From contig DATBIK010000007.1 in the NCBI GenBank assembly GCA_036556985.1, forward strand, positions 4,000 to 67,999: 64,000 bases of DNA, in the 5' to 3' direction. This document shows positions 37,864 to 47,603 of the stretch, piece after piece. Made by a program: the position numbers and the translations under genes. Below the pieces are notes generated by a model, which was not told the DNA's origin, did no database searches, and saw nothing but the letters and a program-made list of their open reading frames with translations. Origin of the DNA: Candidatus Limnocylindria bacterium (lineage in GTDB: Bacteria > Chloroflexota > Limnocylindria > QHBO01). Numbering within the stretch: the stretch's first letter is position 1; each line of letters begins with the position of its first letter.

Positions 37864-39897
37864 ATGGGCACCTTCCGCTACTCGCGCTGGGACGGCAGCC
37901 AGCAGCTGCCGCCGTTCGACGCGGACGACGTGCTCGAGGCGCTGTCGGACGACCTGCTGGCCGAGGGCGACGTACGCCGCGCGCTCCAGCGCCTCATGCA
38001 GCGCGGCATGCGTGGCACGCGCGGCGGCGACGTGCAGGGCCTTCGACGGATCGTCGACCGCCTGCGGGAGCGCCGGCAGGTCGAGCTCGAGCGCGCCCAC
38101 CTGGACGGCGTGCTCGACGGCCTCGCCGAACGGCTGGCGGAGATCATCGACCAGGAGCGCGGCGGCATCGAGCGGCGGCTGCAGGAGGCGGAGCGGACCG
38201 CGCTCGACGCGCCGCCGGGTGAGGGCCAGGACCGGGCGCGGATGGCCGAACAGGTGCTCCGGCGCGCCGCGCAGCAGCGCCGCGATCGGCTCGACGCGCT
38301 CCCGCCGGACCTGGCCGGCCGGCTCGGAGGCCTGCGCGACTACGAGTTCATGGATCCCGGCGCGCGCGACGCCTTCAACGCCCTCACCGACGAGCTTCGC
38401 CAGCAGCTCCTGCAGACCTACTTCCAGGGCCTCAAGGAGGGCGTCGCGGGGCTGACGCCGGACGACCTGGACGGCGTGCGCGAGATGGTCCGCGACCTGA
38501 ATGCACTCCTCGAGAAGCATGCCTCCGGCGCCGATACCCGGGCCGACTTCGAGCAGTTCATGGCGCGCCACGGACAGTACTTCCCGCCGGGAATCGGCAG
38601 CGTCGACGAGCTCATCGACCACCTCCATCGCCAGGCCTCGCAGATGGCCTCGCTGCTGGCCGGGATGAGCCCGCAGATGCGCGACGAGCTGCAGCGCATG
38701 ATGGACGACCTGCTGCGCGACGACCGGCTGCGCTGGGACATGGCGCGCCTGGCCGGCACGCTTCAGGCGCTGCGACCTGACCTGCCGTTCGGCGAGCCGT
38801 ACCCGTTCAGCGGCGACGAGCCGATGGGCCTCGTCGAAGCGCTCGCCGCCATCGACCGCCAGCAGCAGTACGACGCGCTCGGCGAGGAGCTGTCCGGCGT
38901 GCGCGATCCAGCCGCGCTCGAGCGCCTCGACCGGGAGCTGCTGCGCGACCTCGGCGGGGACGATGCCGCCGACGAGCTCGACCGGCTGCGGGAGATCTCG
39001 CGTGCGCTGGAGGATGCCGGCTACCTGGAGAGCGACAGAGGGCGCCTGGAGCTCACCCCGCGTGCCGCGCGCAAGCTCGGGATGCGGGCCCTGACCGACA
39101 TCTTCAGCCGCCTGCGGCGCGAGTCGCTCGGCGGGCACCCGCTGCCGGTCGCCGGTGGCGGCGGCGAGCCGACAGACGAGACGAAAATGTACGAGCACGG
39201 CGACCCGTTCGTGCTGGACCTGAACCGAACGCTCTTCAACGCCATGGCCCGCGGGGGCGCCGGCACGCCGGTGGCGCTGGCTCCGGAGGACTTCGAGGTA
39301 CGGCGCTCCGAGGAGACGACGGTCTCGTCGACCGTCCTCCTCCTGGACATGAGCCGCTCGATGCTCCTGCGGGGCTGCTCGACCGCGGCAAAGCGAGTGG
39401 CGATGGCGCTCCACACGCTCATCCACACGAAGTACCCGCGCGACCGGCTGTACGTCGTCGGCTTCGCCTACTACGCCCGCCAGATCAAGCCGGAAGCGAT
39501 CGCCACGCTCTCGCCGTACGAGTTCGAGTACGGCACGAACCTGCAGCACGCGCTCCAGATCGCCCGGCAGCTGCTCGGCCGGCGGGCCGGCGGCAACAAG
39601 GAGATCGTCGTCATCACCGATGGCGAGCCGACCGCCCACATCGCCAACGGCCAGGTCGAGTTCGCGTATCCGCCCACCATCCGCACCATGCAGTCCACGC
39701 TGCGCGAGGTCGGTCGGGCGACGCGGGAGGGGATCGTCATCAACACCTTCATGCTCGAGCGCTCTCGCTACCTGTCCGACTTCGTCGACCTCATGAGCCG
39801 CATCAACCGCGGTCGGGCCTTCTACGTCGAGCCCGAGCACCTCGGCGAGTACGTCCTCGTCGACTACGTGAGCAAGAAGACGAAGCGCGTCGCCTGA
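37864..39897 (+). CDS. von Willebrand factor A (VWA) domain protein, 678 aa, with long helical N-terminal region
   Basis: C-terminal VWA: VLLLDMSRSM (MIDAS DxSxS)...VVITDGEPT; partner of the ChlI-like ATPase. Confidence 0.8.
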   Translation: MGTFRYSRWDGSQQLPPFDADDVLEALSDDLLAEGDVRRALQRLMQRGMRGTRGGDVQGLRRIVDRLRERRQVELERAHLDGVLDGLAERLAEIIDQERGGIERRLQEAERTALDAPPGEGQDRARMAEQVLRRAAQQRRDRLDALPPDLAGRLGGLRDYEFMDPGARDAFNALTDELRQQLLQTYFQGLKEGVAGLTPDDLDGVREMVRDLNALLEKHASGADTRADFEQFMARHGQYFPPGIGSVDELIDHLHRQASQMASLLAGMSPQMRDELQRMMDDLLRDDRLRWDMARLAGTLQALRPDLPFGEPYPFSGDEPMGLVEALAAIDRQQQYDALGEELSGVRDPAALERLDRELLRDLGGDDAADELDRLREISRALEDAGYLESDRGRLELTPRAARKLGMRALTDIFSRLRRESLGGHPLPVAGGGGEPTDETKMYEHGDPFVLDLNRTLFNAMARGGAGTPVALAPEDFEVRRSEETTVSSTVLLLDMSRSMLLRGCSTAAKRVAMALHTLIHTKYPRDRLYVVGFAYYARQIKPEAIATLSPYEFEYGTNLQHALQIARQLLGRRAGGNKEIVVITDGEPTAHIANGQVEFAYPPTIRTMQSTLREVGRATREGIVINTFMLERSRYLSDFVDLMSRINRGRAFYVEPEHLGEYVLVDYVSKKTKRVA

Positions 39898-39935
39898 GGC
39901 CGATCCCGGCCGGCCGGGCGGCGCACAATCCGGGC

Positions 39936-40850
39936 ATGCCACGTCCCCTGAAGGTCGGCGTCCAGCTGCCCGAGGTCGAGTACGTCGCCAGCTGGGAGCA
40001 GCAGCTCGCCATGGCCCGTACCGCCGAGCAGATCGGCCTTGACTCGGTGTGGGTCGGCGACCACCTCCTCTATCGCGACGACGGCAAGCCGACCCGCGCG
40101 CCGTGGGAGGCGTGGACCACGCTGGCGGCGCTGGCGGCGGTGACGCGGCGGGTGGAGATCGGGCCGCTCGTGGCGGCGACGAGCTTCCACAACCCCGCGA
40201 TGCTCGCCAAGAAGGCGGCCACCATCGATGAGATCAGCGGCGGGCGGCTCATCCTCGGGCTGGGGGCCGGCTGGAACCGCGTCGAGTACGAGGCCTACGG
40301 CTTCGCCTTCGACCATCGGGTCAGCCGCTTCGAGGAGGCCTTCACGATCATCCGCGAGCTGCTCCGCGAGGGCCGCTCCGACTTCCACGGCGCGTACTAC
40401 CAGCTCGACGACTGCGTCCTGCTGCCCCGCGGACCCCGCTCCGATGGCCCGCCGCTCATGGTCGGCTCTGAGGGGCCGCGCATGCTCGGCATCACGCTGC
40501 CGCACGTGGACGCCTGGAACGCGTGGTTCACCTGGTTCGGCAACACGCCGGACGGCTATCGTCCGATGCGGGCGCGCATCGACGAGGCCTGCCGCGCTGC
40601 GGGCCGCGACCCGTCCGAGGTCGAGCGCACGGTGGCCCTGTTCGTCGCCTTCCCCGGTGCCCAGGGACGGAGCCTGGGCGACCTGGCCGACCCCGACGTG
40701 GAGGCGATCAGCGGCGAGCCGGCGGTCCTCGTGGAGCACCTGCGTGCCTTTGCCGAGGAAGGGGTGAGCCACGTCCAGCTCGTCCTGGACCCGATCACCG
40801 CCGACACGATCGGCGCCCTGCGGCCCACCCTCGAACGGCTCGACGCCTGA
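39936..40850 (+). CDS. LLM-class (luciferase-like) flavin/F420-dependent oxidoreductase
   Basis: LKVGVQLP...DSVWVGDHL...LGLGAGW motifs of the luciferase-like monooxygenase family. Confidence 0.8.
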   Translation: MPRPLKVGVQLPEVEYVASWEQQLAMARTAEQIGLDSVWVGDHLLYRDDGKPTRAPWEAWTTLAALAAVTRRVEIGPLVAATSFHNPAMLAKKAATIDEISGGRLILGLGAGWNRVEYEAYGFAFDHRVSRFEEAFTIIRELLREGRSDFHGAYYQLDDCVLLPRGPRSDGPPLMVGSEGPRMLGITLPHVDAWNAWFTWFGNTPDGYRPMRARIDEACRAAGRDPSEVERTVALFVAFPGAQGRSLGDLADPDVEAISGEPAVLVEHLRAFAEEGVSHVQLVLDPITADTIGALRPTLERLDA

Positions 40851-40876
40851 GCCGCGCTGGTATCCTCGCCCACGGA

Positions 40877-41245
40877 ATGGACGAGCTTCCCCCGTCGATC
40901 CCGCTCGGCGCCACCGGGCGCCTCGCGGTCCAGCCGCTGGTGAACGCCACCGGCGATCACGCGCTCCTCGTGCGCGAGGGAGACGCGAGCCGCGCGCTCA
41001 TCACCGGCGAGGCGGCGTCGGGCCGCGATCGCATCGTGGTCGTGCCGCTCGACGACGACGTCGAGCTGCGGGTCGACGGCGACGCGCTCGCGGTGTGGCT
41101 GGCCCGCGGATCGGTGAGCACCTCGGTCGCCCGCGTGCCGGGCTGGGCCAGCGCCATCGGGCTCGTCCTGGTCATCGGCTTCGTCGCCTTCGCGGTCATC
41201 GGCTCGGCGACCGCGTTCGGCTGGCTGCTCGACGTCCTGCGCTGA
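40877..41245 (+). CDS. hypothetical protein with C-terminal TM helix
   Basis: 122-aa ORF, coding-like composition, C-terminal WASAIGLVLVIGFVAFAVIGSATAFGWLL. Confidence 0.35.
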   Translation: MDELPPSIPLGATGRLAVQPLVNATGDHALLVREGDASRALITGEAASGRDRIVVVPLDDDVELRVDGDALAVWLARGSVSTSVARVPGWASAIGLVLVIGFVAFAVIGSATAFGWLLDVLR

Positions 41246-41256
41246 CGGATGGACCG

Positions 41257-41553
41257 ATGAAGCGCGTAGAGCCGCCGGCCGCCGGGCTCATCGCGATGCG
41301 GATCACCGCCGAGTACGGCTCGCCGGACGGCTTCACCGAGACGCTCGAGCGCGCGCTCACCCGCGGCGGGGAGCGGGGGGCGACCGTCGTCGCCGTCCTC
41401 GACCGCGGCGACCTGGCGATCCACATCCCCCGCGAGGACGGCCCCAGCTGGAACACCGTCCCGCTCGTGCACGTCCACCGCGGCCAGGCCCCCGACAGCG
41501 GGGACTGGGCGGCTGCCAACGCCGTGCTGGAGAAGCTCGAGCGCTACCGGTGA
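41257..41553 (+). CDS. hypothetical small protein (98 aa)
   Basis: ATG 12 nt after the previous stop; stop overlaps the flavin reductase start (GTGA). Confidence 0.35.
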   Translation: MKRVEPPAAGLIAMRITAEYGSPDGFTETLERALTRGGERGATVVAVLDRGDLAIHIPREDGPSWNTVPLVHVHRGQAPDSGDWAAANAVLEKLERYR

Positions 41554-42122
41554 GCGACGACCTGGGTGCCGTCCTCCGTCGCTTCGAGCGCGCCCCGGCC
41601 GGCGCCAGTGTCGAGCCCATCAGCGACGAGCAGCAGCGCCTCCTGCGCTCGATGATGGCCCGCTTCGCGACCGGCGTGACGATCGTGGCCGCGCGCCATG
41701 GCCCGCTCCTGGCGGGGATGACCGCCAACGCCATCGCCAGCATCAGCATCAACCCGCCGCTCATGCTGGCCAGCATCGGCCAGCGCTCGGAGACGCACTC
41801 CGCCATTCATGGCAGCCACTCGTTCGCGATCAGTGTCCTGGCCGACACCCAGCGGGCGGTGGCCGACTGCTTCGCGCAGTCGACGACCGCCGCCAAGCTC
41901 CAGCGCTTCTGCGACGCGCCGTGGCACGAGGGCGAGACGGGCTCGCCGATCCTGGACGGCGCGATCGCCTACTTCGACTGCCGCCTCGTGGCCAGCCATG
42001 CCGGCGGAGACCACACGATCTTCATCGGCGAGATCGTGGGTGCAGGCTACGATGAGGCCGCCCAGCCGCTGGTCTGGTACGGCTCGCGCTACCGGCAGCT
42101 CTCGCCGGAGGAGCCGGCCTAG
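41550..42122 (+). CDS. NAD(P)H-dependent flavin reductase (FMN-binding split-barrel)
   Basis: RFATGVTIVAA...GMTANAIASISINPPLMLASI typical flavin-reductase-domain pattern. Confidence 0.8.
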   Translation: MSDDLGAVLRRFERAPAGASVEPISDEQQRLLRSMMARFATGVTIVAARHGPLLAGMTANAIASISINPPLMLASIGQRSETHSAIHGSHSFAISVLADTQRAVADCFAQSTTAAKLQRFCDAPWHEGETGSPILDGAIAYFDCRLVASHAGGDHTIFIGEIVGAGYDEAAQPLVWYGSRYRQLSPEEPA

Positions 42123-43462
42123 CTCCCGCGAATGGCGGCCAATGCCTCGCCGATGATGCTCACCGCCGAGTCGACCTCGGCATCGGTCGTCACCAGCGGC
42201 GGGATGACGCGCACGACCTGGCTCCACGTCCCGCAGCTGAGGAGCAGGAGCTTGCGGTCGAACGCCTCGCGCAGGAGCGCCTTGGCCAGCTCGGGCCGCG
42301 GGGCGAGCGTCTGCGGGTCTGCGAGCTCGATGCCCACCATGCAGCCGCGCCCGCGCACCTCGGCCACGCCGGGGTGCCCGGCGGCCACGTGCCGGATGCC
42401 GCCAAGCAGCCTTTCGCCCTGGCGCTGGGCGTTCTCGAGCAGCCCTTCGGCCGCGATGACGTCCAGGGTGGCCAGCGCCGCCGCGCAGGCGACCGCGTTG
42501 CCGCCGTACGTGCCGCCGTGCGCTCCGGGGCCGAAGCGGTCGAGCAGCTCGCGCCGGGCGAGGATGCCGGACAGCGGCATGCCCGACGCGATGCCCTTGG
42601 CCATGACCACGATGTCCGGCCGCGCGTCGGTCCATTCGGTGGCCCACATGCGGCCGGTGCGCCCGAACCCGGTCTGCACCTCGTCGGCGATGAGCAGGAT
42701 GCCGTGGCGGTCGGCCACCTCGCGCAGGGCAGGCAGGAAGCCGTCGGGCGGCACCACGTAGCCGCCCTCGCCGAGGATCGGCTCCACGATGAAGGCGGCC
42801 ACGTCCTCGGGATAGATCATCGTGGCGAACAGCTCGTCGAGCGCGGCCAGGCTGTACGCCAGTGCCGCATCCTCGGTCCGGCCGGTGGGATTGCGCAGGA
42901 CGTACGGGAACGGCGCGTGATGGACCGATGCCGAGGGAAGCGGCTCGAAGTGGCCGCGGTACTTCACGCCGGAGCTGGTGAGCGCCATGGCACCGTGCGT
43001 GCGGCCGTGGAAGCCGCCGCGGAAGGCGACGATCCCCGGGCGGCGGGTCGCGTACTTCGCCAGCTTGATCGCCGCCTCGACCGCCTCGGCGCCGGAGTTC
43101 GAGAGGAACAGGCCGGCCTCCTCGCCGTCGGCGATGCCGGGCATGGTGCGGGGCAGCCGCTCGTGGAGGTCGAGGCCGGGCTTGTGGTACACGATGTTCT
43201 GCTGGGCGTGGATCACCCGCGCCGCCTGGTCGGCGATGGCCGCCGCCACCCGCGGGTGGGCATGGCCCGTGTTCGTGACGCCGATGCCGCTCGTGTAGTC
43301 GAGGTAGCGCTCCCCATCCACCGTCTCCAGCCACGAGCCGGAGCCGCGCTCGATGACGAGGTCGGTGTAGCGCGCCCAGACGCCGGGCACCCGGGCCCGC
43401 CGGTCGAGCCAGCGGGCGCTGTCGTGGGCCCGATCGGTGTCGGGTCGGTCGGCGACGCTCAT
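42119..43462 (-). CDS. class-III aminotransferase (GABA/putrescine/omega-aminotransferase family)
   Basis: PLP motifs SGAEAVEAAIKLA, LLIADEVQTGFGRTG, AKGIASG (Lys); start MSVADRP overlaps the upstream permease stop. Confidence 0.85.
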   Translation of the reverse strand: MSVADRPDTDRAHDSARWLDRRARVPGVWARYTDLVIERGSGSWLETVDGERYLDYTSGIGVTNTGHAHPRVAAAIADQAARVIHAQQNIVYHKPGLDLHERLPRTMPGIADGEEAGLFLSNSGAEAVEAAIKLAKYATRRPGIVAFRGGFHGRTHGAMALTSSGVKYRGHFEPLPSASVHHAPFPYVLRNPTGRTEDAALAYSLAALDELFATMIYPEDVAAFIVEPILGEGGYVVPPDGFLPALREVADRHGILLIADEVQTGFGRTGRMWATEWTDARPDIVVMAKGIASGMPLSGILARRELLDRFGPGAHGGTYGGNAVACAAALATLDVIAAEGLLENAQRQGERLLGGIRHVAAGHPGVAEVRGRGCMVGIELADPQTLAPRPELAKALLREAFDRKLLLLSCGTWSQVVRVIPPLVTTDAEVDSAVSIIGEALAAIRGS

Positions 43463-44319
43463 CGGCTTGCGATGGTGACTGGTGGCGCGCCCTCTGTCGA
43501 GCGCCCGGCACCCCGCTGGGTCCAGATCTGGACGCCGATGAAGGCGAGCGCGATGAGGAAGATGAGGGTGCCAAGCACGTTCACCTCCGGCGGGATGCCG
43601 AGGCGGCTCACGCCGAAGACCCATAGCGGGAAGGTGACCGTGCGGCCCGCGCTGAACAGGGTGATGACGTAGTCGTCGATCGACAGCGCGAAGGCGAGGA
43701 GGGCGGCCGACAGGATGCCGGGGAAGATGATCGGGAAGGTCACCTTCCAGAACGTCGTCCGGGAGTCCGCGTACAGGTCCATGCCGGCCTCCTCGAGGCT
43801 GCGCCCCAGCCCGGCCAGCCTCGCCCGCACCGTGACGACCACGAAGCTGATGTTGAACATGATGTGCGCGACCAGGATGGTGAGGAAGCCGCGCTCCACC
43901 CCGAAGCTGACCCACAGGGTCAGCAGCGATGCGCCGAGGATGATCTCCGGCGCGGTCATGGGGATGAAGATGAGCATGTTCATCAACCATCGGCCGCGGA
44001 ACTGGTAGCGGGTCAGGGCCAGCGCGATCATCGTGCCCAGCGTGGTGGCCACCAGTGTCGAGATGGTGGCGATGACCAGGCTGACGACCATCGGCCCGGT
44101 GATCTGGGAGCGGCCCCACAGGTCGACGTAGTTGCGGAGCGTGAACCCCTGCCAGGTGATGTTCTGCCGGCCGCCGGGGTCGTTGAAGCTGAACACGATC
44201 ATGACGAAGATCGGCGCGAACAGGAACAGCAGCAGCAGCACCGTGAAACCCGGCAGCACCAGGCCGCCGAGCCGCGCGCCCAGCGGGCGCCCGCGCCGGA
44301 TTGGGGCCGCGGCGGTCAT
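43459..44319 (-). CDS. ABC transporter permease (PotC/PotI-like)
   Basis: TM-rich with LEEAGMDLYADSRTTFWKVTFP. Confidence 0.8.
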   Translation of the reverse strand: MTAAAPIRRGRPLGARLGGLVLPGFTVLLLLFLFAPIFVMIVFSFNDPGGRQNITWQGFTLRNYVDLWGRSQITGPMVVSLVIATISTLVATTLGTMIALALTRYQFRGRWLMNMLIFIPMTAPEIILGASLLTLWVSFGVERGFLTILVAHIMFNISFVVVTVRARLAGLGRSLEEAGMDLYADSRTTFWKVTFPIIFPGILSAALLAFALSIDDYVITLFSAGRTVTFPLWVFGVSRLGIPPEVNVLGTLIFLIALAFIGVQIWTQRGAGRSTEGAPPVTIASR

Positions 44320-44323
44320 CGGC

Positions 44324-45172
44324 TCATCCCGCCACCTGCTCGCTGCCCACCAGCCGGGTGTACACCGTCACCAGCACCATCACCGCCGCCACCAGCACGA
44401 AGGCCAGCGCCGCCGCGGCCGGGTAGTCCAGGCTGTCGAGGAACTTGCGCTGGATGATGTTGCCGACCATGAAGACCTGCGGGTTCGCAGCACCGATCAC
44501 CTCGGCGGTGATGAAGTCGCCGACCGCCGGGATGAAGACGAGCAGCGAGCCCGCCACCACGCCCGGGAGTGAGAGGAGGAAGGTCACCCGCCAGAAGGCC
44601 TGCGCGCGGCTGGCATACAGGTCGGTCGCCGCCTCGATGAGGCGCCGGTCGATGCGCTCCAACGCCACGTACAGGGGCAGGATCATGAACGGCAGGAAGT
44701 TGTACGTGAGCCCGAAGATCACCGATCCCGGCGTCGCCAGGAAGTGGAAGTCGGGCGCCAGCAGGCCGAGGTCCTTGAGCGGCCCGAACAGGATGCCGTT
44801 GTCGGAGAGGACCATCCGCCAGTTCAGGGTGCGGATGACGAAGCTCACGAAGAAGGGCAGCACCACCAGCAGGAGCAGCGCGTTCTTGTAGCGGCCGGCG
44901 CGAAACGCGATGGTGTACGCCACCGGGTAGCCGATCAGCAGGGTGAGCCCCGTGGTCGCCACCGCGAAGAAGGCGGAGCGGACGTACAGGTCCCAGTACT
45001 GGCTGATGACCTCGGGATAGATCCCGAAGTTCCAGGTCAGCTCGTACCCGGTGTCGAACGTTCCCTGCTGCAGCGAGATGAGGAGCATGAACGCCATGGG
45101 GATGGCGAAGAACGCGATGAGCCAGCCGCCACCTGGCAGCAGCAGGAGATACGGTGTCAGCCGGCGTCGCAC
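44324..45172 (-). CDS. ABC transporter permease (PotB/PotH-like)
   Basis: TM-rich with EAATDLYASRAQAFWRVTF. Confidence 0.8.
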   Translation of the reverse strand: MRRRLTPYLLLLPGGGWLIAFFAIPMAFMLLISLQQGTFDTGYELTWNFGIYPEVISQYWDLYVRSAFFAVATTGLTLLIGYPVAYTIAFRAGRYKNALLLLVVLPFFVSFVIRTLNWRMVLSDNGILFGPLKDLGLLAPDFHFLATPGSVIFGLTYNFLPFMILPLYVALERIDRRLIEAATDLYASRAQAFWRVTFLLSLPGVVAGSLLVFIPAVGDFITAEVIGAANPQVFMVGNIIQRKFLDSLDYPAAAALAFVLVAAVMVLVTVYTRLVGSEQVAG

Positions 45173-45211
45173 CGGGGCACCCGACCCGTCAGCTCGGCGT
45201 CAGCGGGCGGC

Positions 45212-46450
45212 TTACGCGCCGATGACCGCCTCGAAGAGGTCGTTCCATTGCGACTCTTCCTCTTCGCTGAGTTGCTTGTCCGTAAACGTGTTGTCGATCT
45301 GCTGCGACGTGGGCACCAGGGTGGGTGCCATCGCCTCGAGCGTGTCGGCCCACTCGGCATCTCCCTCGTCGCGGGCCGCCTCCGCGTCCTCCATTACGCG
45401 GTCGTCGATGCCGGACACCGGGGAGAAGTAGCCGACGTACTCGGACAGGAGCGACGCGCCGTCGAGGCCGTAGTAGTAGTCGATCAGCTTGTGCGCGCCG
45501 TCGGGATTGCCGGCCTTCTTGGGGATGACGAAGTTGTCGTTCCAGCGCATGCCGCCCGACGCGGGCACGACGAAGCGCACCCGGTCGTTGTCGTAGAAGT
45601 TCATCTGGCTGATATCGCCCGACCAGGCCACGGCGATTGCCAGGTCGCCGGCGGAGAGGGCGTCGTAGTACTCGTTGCCGTAGAAGCCGCGGAAGTGCCC
45701 CTCCGGCGCGTTGAGAAGCTTCTGCTGCGCCGCCTCGACGTCGGAGATCGTTGCGTTCGCGGGTTCGACGCCCAGCGACAGCAGGGTCAGGCCGAACATG
45801 TCGCGCATGTCGCTGAAGCCGCCGGCGCGTCCGGAGAACTCCGGGTCGAGGAGGTCGTCGAAGGTCGTGATCTCGCGGCCGGTGAGCTCCGGATCGTAGG
45901 CGATGCCGGTGATGCCGCCCTGGTAGTAGGCGCTGTACTTGTTGTCCGGGTCGAACCAGAGGCCCTTGGCATGGTCGGCGCAGTTCGCCGTCCAGTTCGG
46001 CAGCTTCGAGTGGTCGATCTCCTCGAGCCACCCATTGCGCGCCATGCGCTCGACCACCCAGCCACCGGGCGTCATGAGGTCCCAACCCGTGGAGTTTCCG
46101 GCGCGCAGGTCCGGTGCGTACTGGGCCAGGAAGTCAGCGTTGTCGAGGAGGCCCTCGTTGTACTCGACCTCGATGCCGGACTCCTCGGTGAAGGCCACGA
46201 TGCTCGGGTAGCTGGCCTCGTCCTCGGACAGGTCCATGTACGCCGGCCAGTTCAGCCAGCGCAGCCGATTCGGGTCACCGCCCCCGCCTGTCTGGCAGGC
46301 GGCCAGGAATCCGGGCAGGGTCATGAGCGCCCCGAGTGCGACGCCGCCTCGACCGGCGCGGCGCAGGAACGCGCGACGCGACATCGGGTCGTGGCGCAGG
46401 ACGTTGTCGATGGCGTTCTCGAGGCGCGTGCGCTGGGTTTCGTCAGACAT
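45212..46450 (-). CDS. ABC transporter substrate-binding protein (PotD/PotF-type), Tat-signal lipoprotein
   Basis: SRRAFLRRAGRGGVALGALMTLPGFLAAC Tat motif plus lipobox; start taken at MSDETQ. Confidence 0.75.
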   Translation of the reverse strand: MSDETQRTRLENAIDNVLRHDPMSRRAFLRRAGRGGVALGALMTLPGFLAACQTGGGGDPNRLRWLNWPAYMDLSEDEASYPSIVAFTEESGIEVEYNEGLLDNADFLAQYAPDLRAGNSTGWDLMTPGGWVVERMARNGWLEEIDHSKLPNWTANCADHAKGLWFDPDNKYSAYYQGGITGIAYDPELTGREITTFDDLLDPEFSGRAGGFSDMRDMFGLTLLSLGVEPANATISDVEAAQQKLLNAPEGHFRGFYGNEYYDALSAGDLAIAVAWSGDISQMNFYDNDRVRFVVPASGGMRWNDNFVIPKKAGNPDGAHKLIDYYYGLDGASLLSEYVGYFSPVSGIDDRVMEDAEAARDEGDAEWADTLEAMAPTLVPTSQQIDNTFTDKQLSEEEESQWNDLFEAVIGA

Positions 46451-47603
46451 CGGGGTCCTCCACCTCCTCAGATCCATGGGGGTCGCCGTGTACGTGCCTC
46501 CCGGCACCGGCGATCACGAAGCTGTGCTGAGGCTTCCAGGTCAGGCGCACCGGGTGCCCGTCCGAGAGCAGCTCCGAGGCGCCGCTGGTCTCCAGGTTCT
46601 GGGTGTACACGGTGAGCCGATGCCCGTCCCGCGTCTCGACGAGGTATTGGGTGCTTACGCCGATGTAGCTGGCGTCGAGCACCGTGCCGTCGAGCACGTT
46701 CAAGCCTGACTCGGCCGGGGCACTGCCGCCGGGCGTCACGCGAAGCTTCTCGGGCCGCACCCCGACGCGCACTTGCTTGGCACCGTTCGTGGCATTGGCC
46801 GGCGTACGCAGCACGCTGCCGTCGCCGACGCGCACGGCGAGCATCCCGTCGTCTTCGCCGACCACCTCGCCGTCGAGCAGGTTGCTCACGCCCAGGAACC
46901 CGGCCACGAAGCCCGTGGTGGGCCGCTCGTACAGCTCCTCGGGATTGCCCAGCTGCTCGATTCGGCCGCGGTTCATGACGGCGATGCGATCCGACATCGT
47001 CATCGCCTCCTCCTGGTCGTGCGTGACGTAGATGAAAGTGATGCCCACCTCGGTCTGGATGCGTTTCAGCTCGAGCTGCATCTGCTTGCGCAGCTTCAGG
47101 TCCAGGGCGCCGAGCGGCTCGTCGAGGAGGAGGACGCGGGGATGGTTGATGAGGGCTCGCGCCAGGGCCACCCGCTGCTGCTGGCCGCCCGAGAGGAGCG
47201 TCGGCTTGCGCTTCTCGAAGCCGGGCAGCTCGACGAGCTCGAGCATCTCGCGCACCCGGCGGATGATCTCGTCGTTCGCCACCTTCTTGCGGCGCAGCCC
47301 GAAGGCCACGTTCTCGAACACCGTCAGGTGCGGGAAGAGGGCGTAGTTCTGGAAGACGGTGTTCACGTCCCGACGGAAGGGGGGGAGCCCGGTGACGTCG
47401 GCGTCTCCCAGATAGATCGTCCCACTGGTGGCTTCCTCGAAGCCCCCGATCATGCGCAGGGTCGTCGTCTTGCCGCATCCCGATGGCCCGAGCATGGAGA
47501 AGAACTCCCCGCGCTGGATGTCCAGGCTAAGGTCGTCCACGGCGGTGAAGTCGTGGAATCGTTTCGTGACCCGATCGAGGCGGACGTCAGTCTCGGGCGC
47601 CAA
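46443..47603 (-). CDS. ABC transporter ATP-binding protein (PotA-like, with C-terminal TOBE/MOP-like region)
   Basis: GPSGCGKTT Walker [16 protein letters not shown] signature, [11 protein letters not shown] Walker B. Confidence 0.9.
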   Translation of the reverse strand: MAPETDVRLDRVTKRFHDFTAVDDLSLDIQRGEFFSMLGPSGCGKTTTLRMIGGFEEATSGTIYLGDADVTGLPPFRRDVNTVFQNYALFPHLTVFENVAFGLRRKKVANDEIIRRVREMLELVELPGFEKRKPTLLSGGQQQRVALARALINHPRVLLLDEPLGALDLKLRKQMQLELKRIQTEVGITFIYVTHDQEEAMTMSDRIAVMNRGRIEQLGNPEELYERPTTGFVAGFLGVSNLLDGEVVGEDDGMLAVRVGDGSVLRTPANATNGAKQVRVGVRPEKLRVTPGGSAPAESGLNVLDGTVLDASYIGVSTQYLVETRDGHRLTVYTQNLETSGASELLSDGHPVRLTWKPQHSFVIAGAGRHVHGDPHGSEEVEDPDV

